A DNA stretch of 60,550 nucleotides, filler included, from Globobulimina sp. (GCA_003354225.1; 15 parts of 15 records of this genome joined end to end with filler, not necessarily neighbours in it), one strand, 5' to 3'; counted from the whole stretch's first letter, positions 43,921 to 56,248 are shown. The notes: generated by a model not told the origin, from the letters alone. Translations and numbers: made by a program.

Positions 43921-44486
43921 TACAATAATAATATGCAAGTGATGTGTGTGGATTTCGTTTTATTTAAGGTGAAAGATGAAAGGATGAAAGATGTTTGTTG
44001 ATGAAAGTTTTTTAAAGCGTGCAATTTTCAAATAAACACTTAAAATATCGGTTGTCAAACAATAAAACAAATAATTAACACAATTTCAATAAAAGAGCAG
44101 AATGGATCGCCGACAAAACAACAGTGCATTTGATACGAAACTACTAAACATGTTTTATTTGAAAATGAACATTACCAAAGGGACAAAAAAAAAAGATAAT
44201 ATTAATAAACATCAAAAAAAATTGAAACAAAATTAAGAAAACAAAGCATGACTTAAAAAAAAAACCAATTATTTTGCGTCGTTTGGGATGCAAAAAACAA
44301 AAAAATTGATAGAAGAAAAGGAAAAATATAATAATGAAAAAATATGATAAAATTAGAACAGTATAAAACAAATTTAACAAAAGAAANNNNNNNNNNNNNN
44401 NNNNNNNNNNNNNNNNNNNNNNNNNNNNNNTTAATTAATTAANNNNNNNNNNNNNNNNNNNNNNNNNNNNNNNNNNNNNNNNNNNN

Positions 44487-45014
44487 TATATCCTCAACTT
44501 TGCAGAAAGAGAGCCGTTAAATGCACGAATGGCATTTTTATATTCAATGACCTTATATTTGGGGCAAATTGTGGGCGTAAATAAGCGCTGTATAACCCAC
44601 GCTTTTATGCTGTTTAAATCCGTGCGTGCTCAAATTGATACATTGTGTGAGGAATTTGCATTAATTTTACAAACCTTAGAACACCACAACGATGATAAAT
44701 TATGGAAATATGTGTACTCGTTTTTGTATAATGCAGCTGCGTATTTTAAACATATTCAAAGATTTGTGGGTACGCGGACCTCTGTGGATAATCCAAGGAA
44801 ATATTCGCGTTCATTAAAAGACGGCAGCAGAGATTTTAGTGTTACTTCGAGGAATTCGAATGCAAATCGAAGGGAATCATCATTCAGGAAATTATCCGGA
44901 TTGTCGGAGGTAAGTGGACCATCCCCATTTGTTGGCCACTATAATAATAACAATGATCATCGGATTTATGGAAGTATCGGCAATAAGAAAAAGAAAAAAT
45001 CTTCTTATGCTTAA
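44487..45014 (+). CDS. Hypothetical protein, C-terminal part
   Basis: Open frame from the contig start; helical region followed by a basic, disordered tail. Confidence 0.45.
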   Translation, partial: YILNFAEREPLNARMAFLYSMTLYLGQIVGVNKRCITHAFMLFKSVRAQIDTLCEEFALILQTLEHHNDDKLWKYVYSFLYNAAAYFKHIQRFVGTRTSVDNPRKYSRSLKDGSRDFSVTSRNSNANRRESSFRKLSGLSEVSGPSPFVGHYNNNNDHRIYGSIGNKKKKKSSYA

Positions 45015-45441
45015 ATTGCCTCAACACTTGTTATAATTTAGTTGTGTTTGTTTTGAGTTTTTGTTGTTTCTGTTTTGGGTTTCAATTCTTTTTGACGATT
45101 TTTTCTTTATATATAAGAGAACTTTTTTCTGCTACTTTTTGTCGATCATCAGTTTGATTAAGTTTTAAAAAGGTTAATTGTAAATAAACGATATTTCAAA
45201 AGTTGTATACATTTTATTCAATTATCTGAGCTTTGCTATGGGTTTGCAAATCGAGAACAAAGTCAGAACAAATTTATAATTGAATTTTCGGGGGGGTTGT
45301 CTTTTCGAACATATCGTTTAGGGGCTGAGTGGCACACAAAGTCTTTTTCTTTTTTCACTATCAAACAATTTTGATGAGCAATAATTTTAATAATCTATAT
45401 TTTCTTTCTCACCCAATTAATTTTTATTTTATAGCTAGAAA

Positions 45442-46809
45442 ATGAAAAATTCAATTCCTGAGCAAAAAAAAGCAGTGGATACAGAAAAGAAACAAGAAGC
45501 AGAAGAAGAAGAGGGAGATGAAGAGAGGAAGAGGAAACAAATAGATCCAAAGGTATTGGAAGAGAGAGTGCGGCGATTTTACAATCATAAGGCACATCCA
45601 TTATTTCCCAAACCATCAAAAGAAAATCAAGAAAAACTTGTATCGATGTCATTAGATTTAAATGAAAATGGCAAAGATTTTTATGAAAGCAAATATTATC
45701 AAGATTTATTTAAATGTGCCGGAGATAAATGGCCATTTAATCCATTACAATTAAAGAATGCCACGGTTGAGGAACATGAGGAATTAGTTGCAAACTTTCG
45801 AATTCCCGATGATAATCATAAATATTCTCCCGACATAAATGAAGCTTTAAATTTATTTCAGAAATGGAGGAAATATCGGAATAAAAAGGAGTGGAAATAT
45901 GAGAAAACTGCAAACAAAATCAAAATGTATTCACATGAGTGCTCACAAACCGGTTTAACAATCGTCAAAGCAGAGTCTGCCGTATCTTATTCGACGCCAA
46001 TTATTTTAGGTATTTTATTGCATCCTGTTGGGCATAAATATAATAAGAAAAATGTAGAACGAAAAATGGAGTTAATTGAGCCTTTATCTTTGTATTCGTT
46101 TGCATTGCGTTTGAATATAAAAACTCCATTTTTTGTGGGTGATCGCGAGTTGTGTGTTATAACGTTTCTGTACACATTTCGGGATGGATCAATTATATTT
46201 GGTTCGCGAAGCATAGACCATAAGAAATATCCCATTCAGAAGAAGCCAATCCGTGCACAAATCAATTTGAATTTATATCACATCCGGCCTCGTTATGGCA
46301 AAAGTTTACAAAGTTCGAAAATATCATTGTACGTTCAGATGGATTTACGTGGCTCAATTCCAAAGTCGGTGACCACCCAAATTGAGAAAAGCATACCGAA
46401 TGATATCTTTCAATTAGCCACTTATCTGACGCAGAATGAAGAGAAATTATCAATTCCTGGTTTATTGCATATACCACCTTACCCAGTATTGAAAAATTTG
46501 GGTGTTGATATTGGTTGGATGGATCGAGACAATATTGATGACGAAAAAAAACAATCATTCAGTATACAAACAAGAGATTATATCTTTAAAAAGATTGCAG
46601 CGGAGAATGAAAAGAATTCGAAGAAAATAATTTGTTTGGATCAAGATTTTAATGATATTTCCTTTGATTTTATTTCATTAAAACAAGAGTTAAAGGAAAA
46701 AATTTATCGCGTTATTCAAATTGGGAAAGATGAAAAAAAAGATGTTGCCATTTCTGTTGTGGTTGGTGCAAATACTGTTTGTGATGCCGCAATAAAGGAT
46801 AAAAAGTGA
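45442..46809 (+). CDS. START (lipid-binding) domain protein
   Basis: W.YEK, PFFVGDRELC, PIRA, YVQMDLRGSIPKSV. Confidence 0.8.
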   Translation: MKNSIPEQKKAVDTEKKQEAEEEEGDEERKRKQIDPKVLEERVRRFYNHKAHPLFPKPSKENQEKLVSMSLDLNENGKDFYESKYYQDLFKCAGDKWPFNPLQLKNATVEEHEELVANFRIPDDNHKYSPDINEALNLFQKWRKYRNKKEWKYEKTANKIKMYSHECSQTGLTIVKAESAVSYSTPIILGILLHPVGHKYNKKNVERKMELIEPLSLYSFALRLNIKTPFFVGDRELCVITFLYTFRDGSIIFGSRSIDHKKYPIQKKPIRAQINLNLYHIRPRYGKSLQSSKISLYVQMDLRGSIPKSVTTQIEKSIPNDIFQLATYLTQNEEKLSIPGLLHIPPYPVLKNLGVDIGWMDRDNIDDEKKQSFSIQTRDYIFKKIAAENEKNSKKIICLDQDFNDISFDFISLKQELKEKIYRVIQIGKDEKKDVAISVVVGANTVCDAAIKDKK

Positions 46810-47384
46810 TATTATTATTTGTTTTTTGTATGTACAAAACTTAATTACTATTTTTTTTTTATATATATTTATTTAGCATAAATTTGAGTGGCTCATTTTG
46901 CTATCCCTTTTTTTACAGCATATTGATTGTTGCATTTTTATAACTCTCCGCTTTCCGCTGTGGTTCCATGTATTTTGAAGGTTTTAATATTGTATGGTAC
47001 CCGATGTAAAACCACAGTTGCTCTTTGTAATACAGCCATAATTATTTGTTGGAAGCGTATTGTTGTTTTTATATATATCACAAGTGTGCAAATCAAAAGC
47101 AAAATGTAGATTTCCTTAATATCGAGAGTCAAATTTTGCTTTAATATCATCTGACGATTTTTTGGAAGATGTAAGCATGCTCATTAATCAATTTACGATA
47201 CTGGATGCTTGGATGCATTATTTGTTGGCATTTAATTTTGCTAAAAATACTATTATTTGAAAAGAAGCAGTTTGCATCTATTATTTGAAAAACTTCCAAC
47301 TGAAAATCCATCAAACTCTTTCTCTGACACATAATATACCAAAAACAAATAAAATAACAACTAGACAAAAATTAATAGTTGAAA

Positions 47385-48417
47385 ATGGAAGACAATGATG
47401 ATTTTGAATTTGTAGATAATGACAAATCTGGCTTTGATGAATTCGTGGATGACGACACATTATTATGCGATGATGATGACCAATTAGCTGCATTTTCTGA
47501 TTTAAATAAAGAAATGATGGAAGTTCAAGAATTAAAAAAACATTTAAAATCGCAATGTATGGAATCCTCAAAGTTAGTGAAACAACTACGTGACGATGCA
47601 AATAAAAACAAGACCTATCAAATGCAATTAAAGCAACAGCTAAAAGACATAAATGAGATAAAAATGTCATTGATGACTGAAAAAGAAGAATTTACGAAAC
47701 AGAAACAAGAGTTAACACAGTTATTACAATCAATGTCCAACGTACCAAACAACAGCAATGCTTCACATAATTTAATTGACGAATTAAATAAATTTTATAA
47801 TGATACCTCATCCATTCAGACTGAATTGGATAAATTAAAAATGATTAGAATACAACAACAAGACATGATTAATCAGTGTAAAATTAATATTGAAACTGTC
47901 AATTCTCACCAAGTTATTTTGCATTATCTACAACATAAAAATACGCAAATTCGCAAAAAACAAAATCCGAAGCAACAATGTAGTGAAACAGTGACAGTTT
48001 TTTTAGTAGAAACCATGTCAACTCTTAAAATGTTGTCATGTGAAATATACACAGAGAGACTGTTTAATGTCATTGGATAAATCGAAATCGTTTGCTTGCA
48101 AAGAATGTGGTACAGATATCGCATTAAAAGAAGATGTTGAAAGTAAATGTTATCAGGTTGGACAAGGCCAATTTACAGAGAAAAAGAGAGGATATTTATT
48201 TGAGACTGCAGTGAATACAGTTTTGGGTACTACGAAGACAGAAAATTTCACCACCGGTTCGTATCAAATATCATGGGTTTCTTGCGCCAAATGTCAAACA
48301 CAAATGGGATGGAAGTATATCTCTGCGGATACTGAGACGAATACAAGTAAAGTGGGTAAATTTTGTTTAGCGCGACATTCAGTAACTTCTCCGGAGGACA
48401 GAGTACAGCAAAAATAA
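47385..48417 (+). CDS. Coiled-coil protein with C-terminal Yippee/Mis18 zinc-binding domain; intron 47991-48054
   Basis: CKECGT..SKCYQ..GYLF..TG.Y..CAKC...MGWKY; the phase-0 intron joins the ORFs in frame. Confidence 0.78.
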
Positions 48418-48922
48418 ATTATCTCATCNNNNNNNNNNNNNNNNNNNNNNNNNNNNNNNNNNNNNNNNNNNNTTAATTAATTAANNNNNNNNNNNNNNNN
48501 NNNNNNNNNNNNNNNNNNNNNNNNNNNNATGTGACGCACAGTATTTTCAATGGGATAATGCTGTAAAAAGACAATTAAAAAAATAACACATTTAATATAG
48601 GTGTTATGGTCGTTTCTTGTCTTTTTTTTTCTCTATGTATGATACCAATTTATATTTTAGTTTATTAACCTTAACATTTGTAAAAAGTATATGTTGGATC
48701 AGATCGTTTGTAAAAAGTATATTGAATATCAAAAATCTGCAAGTGATGAAAACCAATTATTTGCTGATAATAATAATGATAAATGGTGTTTAATTTCATG
48801 GGATGCTCTCACATTTCTCAAGCATATGTCGGATCAGATCGTTTGTAAAAAGTATATAATTTTTTACTACCTTATTTAAACTAAAAAACACACTGTAAAT
48901 CTTATTTAAACTAAAAATACTT

Positions 48923-51316
48923 TCAGATATTCATCTGGATTCCATGTAGCCTCAATTCTTTCATTGCGAGACAATTATCGTGCCATCCTTCAATAAATTC
49001 CAATTTTATATATTTCAATGAATGCTTTTGAATTTGTTCAAAGTTAACACTAATATCAAATGACTGATATTCTCCAGTTTTTGCGCAATTTATTACAGAT
49101 TGATTATTTACAGTAAACCCATACCATTTTGAAATCCCATCTCCGATGAACATTTGCATTCTTTTTACAGCAGAACTATTGCCACTACTTTTCAAGACCA
49201 ATTTTGTTGGAAGATATAGCTCATTCTTCTGAATTTTGAAAATAATCCAATCCTTTTCATTTTTATAGCCCTGGAGCCAGTAAGAAGAACCATCAGTCAC
49301 CAACAGATTCCTCGGATGCCTGTCGTCGTAATGCTTACTATGCGAGTGATATTCTAATTTGATTTTGTTATTTTCATTTCCCACAAAGCACTTCCTTAAC
49401 AAAAATGCATCATTTTGAGTAAATTCAGGATAATCATTTTGAGTAATTTTAAATCGAATATTTATTTTACGATCAATGTACTTATAAAATATCTCATTCA
49501 TATCGCATTTATAAATAATTTCGTCTTTTTTTATTAATACAATATCTGCAAATTGTTGTCCATATTTTTCATCATCATCCATATTCTCCTTTTTCTCCAT
49601 ACCACCCATTTGCATCACAACTTTTATATCTTCTCTCCCCACAATTGGTTGAATGGAATTCTTTTCCAATTGAAATGTTACAGATTTACAATCATTTAAT
49701 TTCAGCTCAGCACATTTTGGTGGATTAAGCGTTTTTATTTTAACAATCTGCGAATATTTGCTTTTCATTAAATGCTGATTTTGAGCAAATATTCTCACTG
49801 AATAACAACTGTTTGCTTTCAATCCATCAATTCTTCGATTTTTAGCCTTCTTCAAATCACCAACACCTTGCCAACGGCCATCATTTTCTGCAATTTCAAT
49901 AATATACCTTTCATTTTTCCGCATTGCTTCTAATTCCAATTCGAATGAATGACATAATACTTTGTCTGAATCTATTTTAAATTGTGGCATTTCCGGTATC
50001 TTCAAATCAAATCGTCGAATATTATCATATTCGCGTTTTCCGTCATCATCACTGTCATCGTCACTTTCTGATTCAATAAATATTTTATTTGCTTTTAAAT
50101 CATTTCGTAATTTTTCAAATTGTTTTAAATGGTCATTATTTTTATTCACATATTTCTGAAATTTTCTAATATGGCCCTGTTTATATCCCATTTCCTTAAA
50201 ATCCGCGTCGTTGATCTCACTCCAAAGTTCAACATCTTCCCAGCCATTATTCACCATATTTTCATGAATATAATTTGGTAAATTCCACGCTCGTAACAAA
50301 TGACCGCAATCTATGTCAGAATTTATTTTCTGTTTTGTTCTCAGATATTTTTTATACTTCTCATGTAACAATATTCTATGACCAGATTTAAATCCCATTT
50401 CAACCAAATGTTTATCTGTCAATTTCCCCCACATTCTCATGTCATACCAGCCCGCATTTTGCATGGCATCGCAAAGATAATCAGGAAATCCCCACTTCAC
50501 TAAAAACACGCGAAACTGTAACAATTTATTATGTTTTTCATCACTTTTCGTGGTGGGATGAATTTCAATATACTCGTTTTCAGCGTTTCTAATGATATCA
50601 ATGTGCTGTCGATTTATTTGTAATCCATTCGAAATGAACAGTTTCTCGCCACGTTTATTCTCGACATACACCGTAATATAAACCACCTGCGATTCATAGG
50701 CAATAATGACCGGAATTGAGATGGATTGCAACGGCGCAATACGAACGAATCCAGGTTCAATCACTGTATTTGTTGCCATTGTGGATGAATACGATTCATT
50801 TCTTTTATCATATTCTTTTGATACTGTTTCAGATTCTGCATTGTCGCGTTTTTGCTGCGATGAACTCACTTTTGTTCCTGATTTTTGTGTGGATAAAATG
50901 TTACGTTGTTCATTGTCTGTTGAGTGATGGGACGATGATGAGGTTGCTGTATGTGATGAGTTGTTACGATTAACATTAATATTTCCTGAAGCGAGTCCAT
51001 AATTTGCTTTGACAGAAACATTCGTGGCGGATTTTTTTGATGAGGCACTGTTTTGATGCGAATAATCGGAAGATTTTATATGTGATTTGTTATCACTGTG
51101 ATAGCTCTGAGCGTGTGTATGTTTGTCATATTTTGTGTCTTCCATTTTATTTGAATCTGCAGTTTTATGATACGACTTCTGTGCATCCCAGTTTTTAGAT
51201 GAGGATGTTAAATGCGTAGCATATTGAAGTTCTGCTTGTAATTTGATGAATATGTGTTGGTTTGGCAGTTTATTTGATACTTTCACCTCAAATACCGTTG
51301 TATTAGGCGCAGTCAT
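48923..51316 (-). CDS. Multidomain protein: Ser/His-rich N-terminal region, 2 SAM-like domains, FN3, C-terminal discoidin/galactose-binding-like domain
   Basis: LVEMGFKSGHR and FKEMGYKQGHI (SAM); GLKANSCYSVRIFAQN (FN3); PRNLL..YW..DWIIF. Confidence 0.65.
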   Translation of the reverse strand: MTAPNTTVFEVKVSNKLPNQHIFIKLQAELQYATHLTSSSKNWDAQKSYHKTADSNKMEDTKYDKHTHAQSYHSDNKSHIKSSDYSHQNSASSKKSATNVSVKANYGLASGNINVNRNNSSHTATSSSSHHSTDNEQRNILSTQKSGTKVSSSQQKRDNAESETVSKEYDKRNESYSSTMATNTVIEPGFVRIAPLQSISIPVIIAYESQVVYITVYVENKRGEKLFISNGLQINRQHIDIIRNAENEYIEIHPTTKSDEKHNKLLQFRVFLVKWGFPDYLCDAMQNAGWYDMRMWGKLTDKHLVEMGFKSGHRILLHEKYKKYLRTKQKINSDIDCGHLLRAWNLPNYIHENMVNNGWEDVELWSEINDADFKEMGYKQGHIRKFQKYVNKNNDHLKQFEKLRNDLKANKIFIESESDDDSDDDGKREYDNIRRFDLKIPEMPQFKIDSDKVLCHSFELELEAMRKNERYIIEIAENDGRWQGVGDLKKAKNRRIDGLKANSCYSVRIFAQNQHLMKSKYSQIVKIKTLNPPKCAELKLNDCKSVTFQLEKNSIQPIVGREDIKVVMQMGGMEKKENMDDDEKYGQQFADIVLIKKDEIIYKCDMNEIFYKYIDRKINIRFKITQNDYPEFTQNDAFLLRKCFVGNENNKIKLEYHSHSKHYDDRHPRNLLVTDGSSYWLQGYKNEKDWIIFKIQKNELYLPTKLVLKSSGNSSAVKRMQMFIGDGISKWYGFTVNNQSVINCAKTGEYQSFDISVNFEQIQKHSLKYIKLEFIEGWHDNCLAMKELRLHGIQMNI

Positions 51317-51975
51317 TATAAATGTTGTGATTAAGAAGCGATGACTAGGTCACTTTGTTTGGTAAGAAAACTTTTATTTTTGTTTATTTTTATTACAATG
51401 GAGTCAAAGCCAGCAGAATCTGTTTCCAATTTAGAGAATATTTTGCAATGTTATAAACTACCCGATTGATATCATACAAAATTAGTGGATCAAGGGTTTG
51501 GTTCAATGTATGTTGTTTGTATGTATATAAATTATATTGTTTGTAAACCAACCATATTGAAATAATTTGAATGCAGTGACTTATTATCGCAATGTACAAA
51601 GGAAGATGTAGAACAATTATGTCATGAATTATCATTTAATATTGCAATATTTGGATGAAACAAAAAGTGTTAAACTATTAATTTAGAACGAAATAATGAA
51701 AATATAATGAAAATATTAATACTTCAAATACTTTAAATCAAGAAACATTTAATAATACAAATAAAAAACAGAAACAAAATCAAGAAGATAATTGTTCTGA
51801 AATTAGATTAGAAGAATTGTCAAGCATCATTAGAATAGATTTGTTGACTATGATAATAATTATAAACTTACCTATATTTAAATTTTTAATCTTGCATATG
51901 GTTTGGTGTTGTTTTTTGTTGCAAATCTTTTACTTAAGTACTCGCAGAAAAAAAGATGAAAACTCAGGGCATGTA

Positions 51976-52469
51976 ATGGGAAATTGTGTAACAGTTCAAC
52001 CAGAAAACGGTATAATCATAACATCACCATTCAAAACAAAAAAGCGAGCCGATTATTTGAAAGCAACCAAAGTTGCACCGCAAGAGTTTGCTAAATCATT
52101 ACTAGAACACCAAACTGCGCAAGATGAGTATGAATATTTAAGTAATATCACACATTTTGATTGTAATACATTGAGGTTATTACATGTCCGATTCAACGCC
52201 ATCGATGCTTCAATACAGCGAGATTCCAGGATATCATTGGCTGAATTTGCCAAAATAATAAAAATGCCGTCAAAATCTATTTTAGTATCAAGATTCTTCA
52301 AATATATGGATGTGCATGATTTGGGTTTGACATTTCGTATATTTGCCACAACAATGTCTATTTTATCAAAAGTCTTTGTACAGGTTCCTATGTGTTATAA
52401 AGCAACATAATATCTTATTTATTCATGAAACAAATGAAATAGAAACTTTCTGTAAAAAAGTGAAATTCT
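51976..52469 (+). CDS. Calcineurin B-like/NCS EF-hand protein with MGNC N-terminus, 3' partial
   Basis: Myristoylation/palmitoylation-type MGNC; THFDCNTLRLLHVRF..DSRISLAEF..RFFKYMD. Confidence 0.7.
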
Positions 52470-53056
52470 NNNNNNNNNNNNNNNNNNNNNNNNNNNNNNN
52501 NNNNNNNNNNNNNTTAATTAATTAANNNNNNNNNNNNNNNNNNNNNNNNNNNNNNNNNNNNNNNNNNNNTGAAAAAACAAAACAATAAAACTAATATGAG
52601 ATTGTTACAAAATATAAAGTTAAATATTGGTAAAGATTATTCATTGTTTATCATAAGAAATGGTGACAAATATAAAAATAAGTAAATATAATACAGATTG
52701 TGATATTGCATTGTATGAATTTGAGACCTTAGTTTGGAAAAATAGATTGAATTTATATGAGTTATTATTAGGGATAATTCAAATCAAATCGCAAAAATGG
52801 AAATGTGATAACACCGAAACTGTTAATCATGTCAGTCAAATCATAAATCATTCAACAAAACAAATCACAATTTATATTGACTTGCAAACTTGCACTAATT
52901 ATTAAAAAGTGTCTTAAAAACTTAACAATTCAAAAATATTAATATTGTATGATACAATAAGGAGTGTGCTGAGTCATTGTCAAGTCATTGAAACAAAATG
53001 TGTGGTTTCTGCCTTCATCAAGTTTTTTTTTAGATTTATTATGACATTTTACGAAC

Positions 53057-53719
53057 ATGGGATCAAGCTTTCCCTCTGGTCGGTTTGATAGGTGTTGTAT
53101 GCAAGGATTGGACGGAAGTGGCAAGACTACAATTTTATATCAACTGAAATTGGGTAAAAAAGTAGATACAATACAAACTATAGGATTTAATGTTGAAAGT
53201 ATAAAGATTAAAAAATGGAATTTAAGTATCACTGATCAGGGAGGAATGGAGAAAATCAGACCACTGTGGAAATATTATTATGTGCATGTTGGGCTACTTA
53301 TTTGGGTGGTTGACTCTACGAATATTGTTCGATACACATATTATTCAAAACTAATCATGAATGGTTACTTTCATATGCATTGTTTGAAAACAGTGTTCAT
53401 TCCAAGGGATGTGGTAAATATTTGTTTGAAATATTATATGGAAGAAACAGAGCTAAAATATGAAGAAAGACTAAATCTTTCAAAGCAATTGTTATACAAA
53501 GCATTGTCTAATAAAGATATAAGATTGGATTTAATTGTGTTGGTTTATGCCAATAAACAGGATAAACGAGGAGCTTATTCGGAGAAGGAAATAATACAAA
53601 AATTGGGTTTAAGACATATTCGACAAACATGGATAGTTCAACCATGTTGTGGCTTGACTGGGAAAGGTTTGTGGAACGGATTGCATCGATTTGAGCAACA
53701 AAGAAAAAACACAAAATGA
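53057..53719 (+). CDS. Arf/Arl-family small GTPase, divergent
   Basis: MG start, [30 protein letters not shown]. Confidence 0.9.
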   Translation: MGSSFPSGRFDRCCMQGLDGSGKTTILYQLKLGKKVDTIQTIGFNVESIKIKKWNLSITDQGGMEKIRPLWKYYYVHVGLLIWVVDSTNIVRYTYYSKLIMNGYFHMHCLKTVFIPRDVVNICLKYYMEETELKYEERLNLSKQLLYKALSNKDIRLDLIVLVYANKQDKRGAYSEKEIIQKLGLRHIRQTWIVQPCCGLTGKGLWNGLHRFEQQRKNTK

Positions 53720-53849
53720 AACGCCATTCGCACCGTAATTTAAAACATGTCATTAATGAGCAGCAAGAAAACATTCTCAACTAAAATTGAATCATTTTTT
53801 TCAAAATTAGCAAACAAAACAATATTAATGTGTGACAATGACTTAATTA

Positions 53850-55043
53850 TTATTTGCAAGTTAAATTATTAATACGTAATGGATCTCCGTATCCTGGCGG
53901 CATTAATTGCTTCCGTACCAAAAACAAATGTTTTTTAAACGCATTGGAGATTGTATGCTCACTCACGCGCGAAACGGCACTTATCTCTTTATACGATCTC
54001 CTCTCCGATTCATTTGGCGATACCACGCAAGTCATATAAACCGCAGCCGCCCCGATAGTCGCCGGTTGCTTACCGGACAACAATCCTTTTTGCATAATTT
54101 TACGTGCGATTTTTTTCAAATTTTTAATCGTTTCCACATCCAATTTCAACTGATTTGCATAGCGTTGCGCAAATATCTCCGCAGTGGTTTTCCGGATCAT
54201 TCCCTTTCCTTTGTTGATGACCGGCAATGACAACTTTTCCGCAGACTTCAATTTATGAATTTCAGTATGTATCTTCCGCACCGATGTGCGATCCACACCA
54301 AATTCCTCGCAGAGCTCCTTTAAGGGACGATCGCAATGACATTGCTTAGCCGCTATATACACGCAAGTGGCCACCATCACAATGGCCTTCTTTCCACGCA
54401 TCTCTTTTTTGGTGGTTAGCTCCTTAAATAATTCGCCTTATTTACACAAGTTATGCACAATTGAGACGTGTTTGGGTCACTTGTGTACAGAGCAAGGATA
54501 AAGAAGAAAACCTGCAAAGTTTTGTACATCTTTGGGAAGACTTAAACGCGAACAATAATTGGAAATATCTCGAATGCCGCGTGATAACTTGGACTGCGAC
54601 GTGTTGCCACCGATTGCTTTTTGCGCATTGGATAGTTTGGCATTGTCGCGGTGGCCAATGGTTGTGGACAAATCACCACTTTCTTGTAATAAATAATGTT
54701 GCGCTGCGCCTACGCGGTTTGGGTCTGGTCCGCTGTTATCGCTGTCTGCAAAGGTTCGCCATTCGGATTGGTCAGAAATGATTTGGTTTGCCAATACCAA
54801 ACCGCACGAGGTACAGATTCTTCTGCCTGATTTGGGATCGTCGATGATATCTCCACCGCTGCGGCAATCAGGACACTTCTTTTCTGGTACGAGAAAGGCG
54901 CGGATCCATGGTGGGAGTTTCTTTTTTTTTGATGGTGGGAGTTTCTTGTTGCCCTTTGTGTTTTTGTTGGGTGGGTGCTTTTGTTTAACGTTTGGCGGGT
55001 TGGTGCTATTTCGAAATGGTTGCGCGTCTGCTTTTCGTTTCAT
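53850..55043 (-). CDS. TFIIB: Transcription initiation factor TFIIB; exons 55043-54512 and 54436-53850
   Basis: Zn ribbon CPDC..CTSCG, B-reader SEWRTF..DPNRVG, two cyclin repeats; the 75-nt intron keeps the frame. Confidence 0.92.
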
Positions 55044-55229
55044 TTTCACTTCAAAATCTGGTTGCTATGATCAAGTTGAGCAAGTTGATCAAAGTAAAGG
55101 ATATTAGAGCAAAAAAAATCAGTACTTATCGGAGAGCCCTAATGTTGACATTTTCACTTTTAGTGTTTTCGTCATAATGTCGTCGTGCTTCTGTTTATAA
55201 GCAATCAACAGAGCATCAACCTATTTGAA

Positions 55230-55268
55230 TTTCACGCGGGTAAATTTGTGTTTCACGCGGGTAAATTT
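55230..55268. promoter_or_regulatory. Tandem 18-bp motif TTTCACGCGGGTAAATTT x2 in the divergent promoter region
   Basis: Two exact copies with 21-bp period between the TFIIB and 55298 starts. Confidence 0.45.
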
Positions 55269-55297
55269 TATTTTACGTATACAAATATTGCAGTATA

Positions 55298-56248
55298 ATG
55301 CGAGTATCAGACGAAACAACGGGATTAATCCCATCAACAATCAAACTTAATTCCTCAGACAACATTCACAACAAAAACACAATCGATATCTCTGGATCCG
55401 ACACTGAAACATCTCCTCGTAAACTCATTCCATGTTTTTCTGAAAATGATAAACGGCCATTTAAGGACTTAAATAGCAATATAACAGCCATAGACATACA
55501 TAAACAATCCAATTCTGTTGATCTGACACGTAAATCCAAGAAAAAACGCAAACTGAAAAGTCTTACCGTTGACGATCTGAAATTGGAATATATCAAACAA
55601 CGAAAACTGCGAAAACGTGACAAAAAACGCTACAAACGCATGAGCCAACATTTGCATGATACTATCACGAAAAGCGCAGATAATTACGAAGATCAATTGA
55701 GACAAAATGACATAGAATTAAAGCAAGAATATGAAGCAAAATTAATCGAAGCCGAGATCAAACACAATAAATCCGCGCAGAAAATCACTGCGCTCAATGC
55801 TGAAGTACAGCGATTAAAACGCTTATTAATGTACAGACATTCATACCAATATACATATGATATGCATTCGTCTAATTTGAGCAATCGCAGTACACTGACA
55901 TTGTCCACACAGTCGCCTCTTGAGCCTCTCGTTTGTAATGAAACCATCGAATTGTTGCAGTATGATAGTTCAATGGAGGAAAAATTAAAAATTACAATGT
56001 TGCCCACATTAGAATATAATCAAGAATCTGTTGGCTCGTCTCCGAATGGAGGGGAATTTGATGAGAGTAATCTCGTTGTATTTGATGGGTACAATACATA
56101 TCAAAATAATTTGGAAAGTGATTGTGAAACACCGAGGTTGCCAGATATGAAACGGAAAAAGAAAAAGAAAAACCCAAAGGAAAAAAAGAGTTTTTTTGAT
56201 TTTTTGGTGAAATGTGTTACGCCGAGTATGTGTGACCAACAGTTGTAA
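55298..56248 (+). CDS. Hypothetical coiled-coil protein
   Basis: 316-aa ORF with ATG, heptad region and basic clusters. Confidence 0.6.
   Translation: MRVSDETTGLIPSTIKLNSSDNIHNKNTIDISGSDTETSPRKLIPCFSENDKRPFKDLNSNITAIDIHKQSNSVDLTRKSKKKRKLKSLTVDDLKLEYIKQRKLRKRDKKRYKRMSQHLHDTITKSADNYEDQLRQNDIELKQEYEAKLIEAEIKHNKSAQKITALNAEVQRLKRLLMYRHSYQYTYDMHSSNLSNRSTLTLSTQSPLEPLVCNETIELLQYDSSMEEKLKITMLPTLEYNQESVGSSPNGGEFDESNLVVFDGYNTYQNNLESDCETPRLPDMKRKKKKKNPKEKKSFFDFLVKCVTPSMCDQQL

Noticed and set aside
48677-48917. Short direct repeats and ORF 48691
   Set aside because: Local duplications of about 33 and 17 bp in AT-rich 3' flanking DNA, with no coding signal
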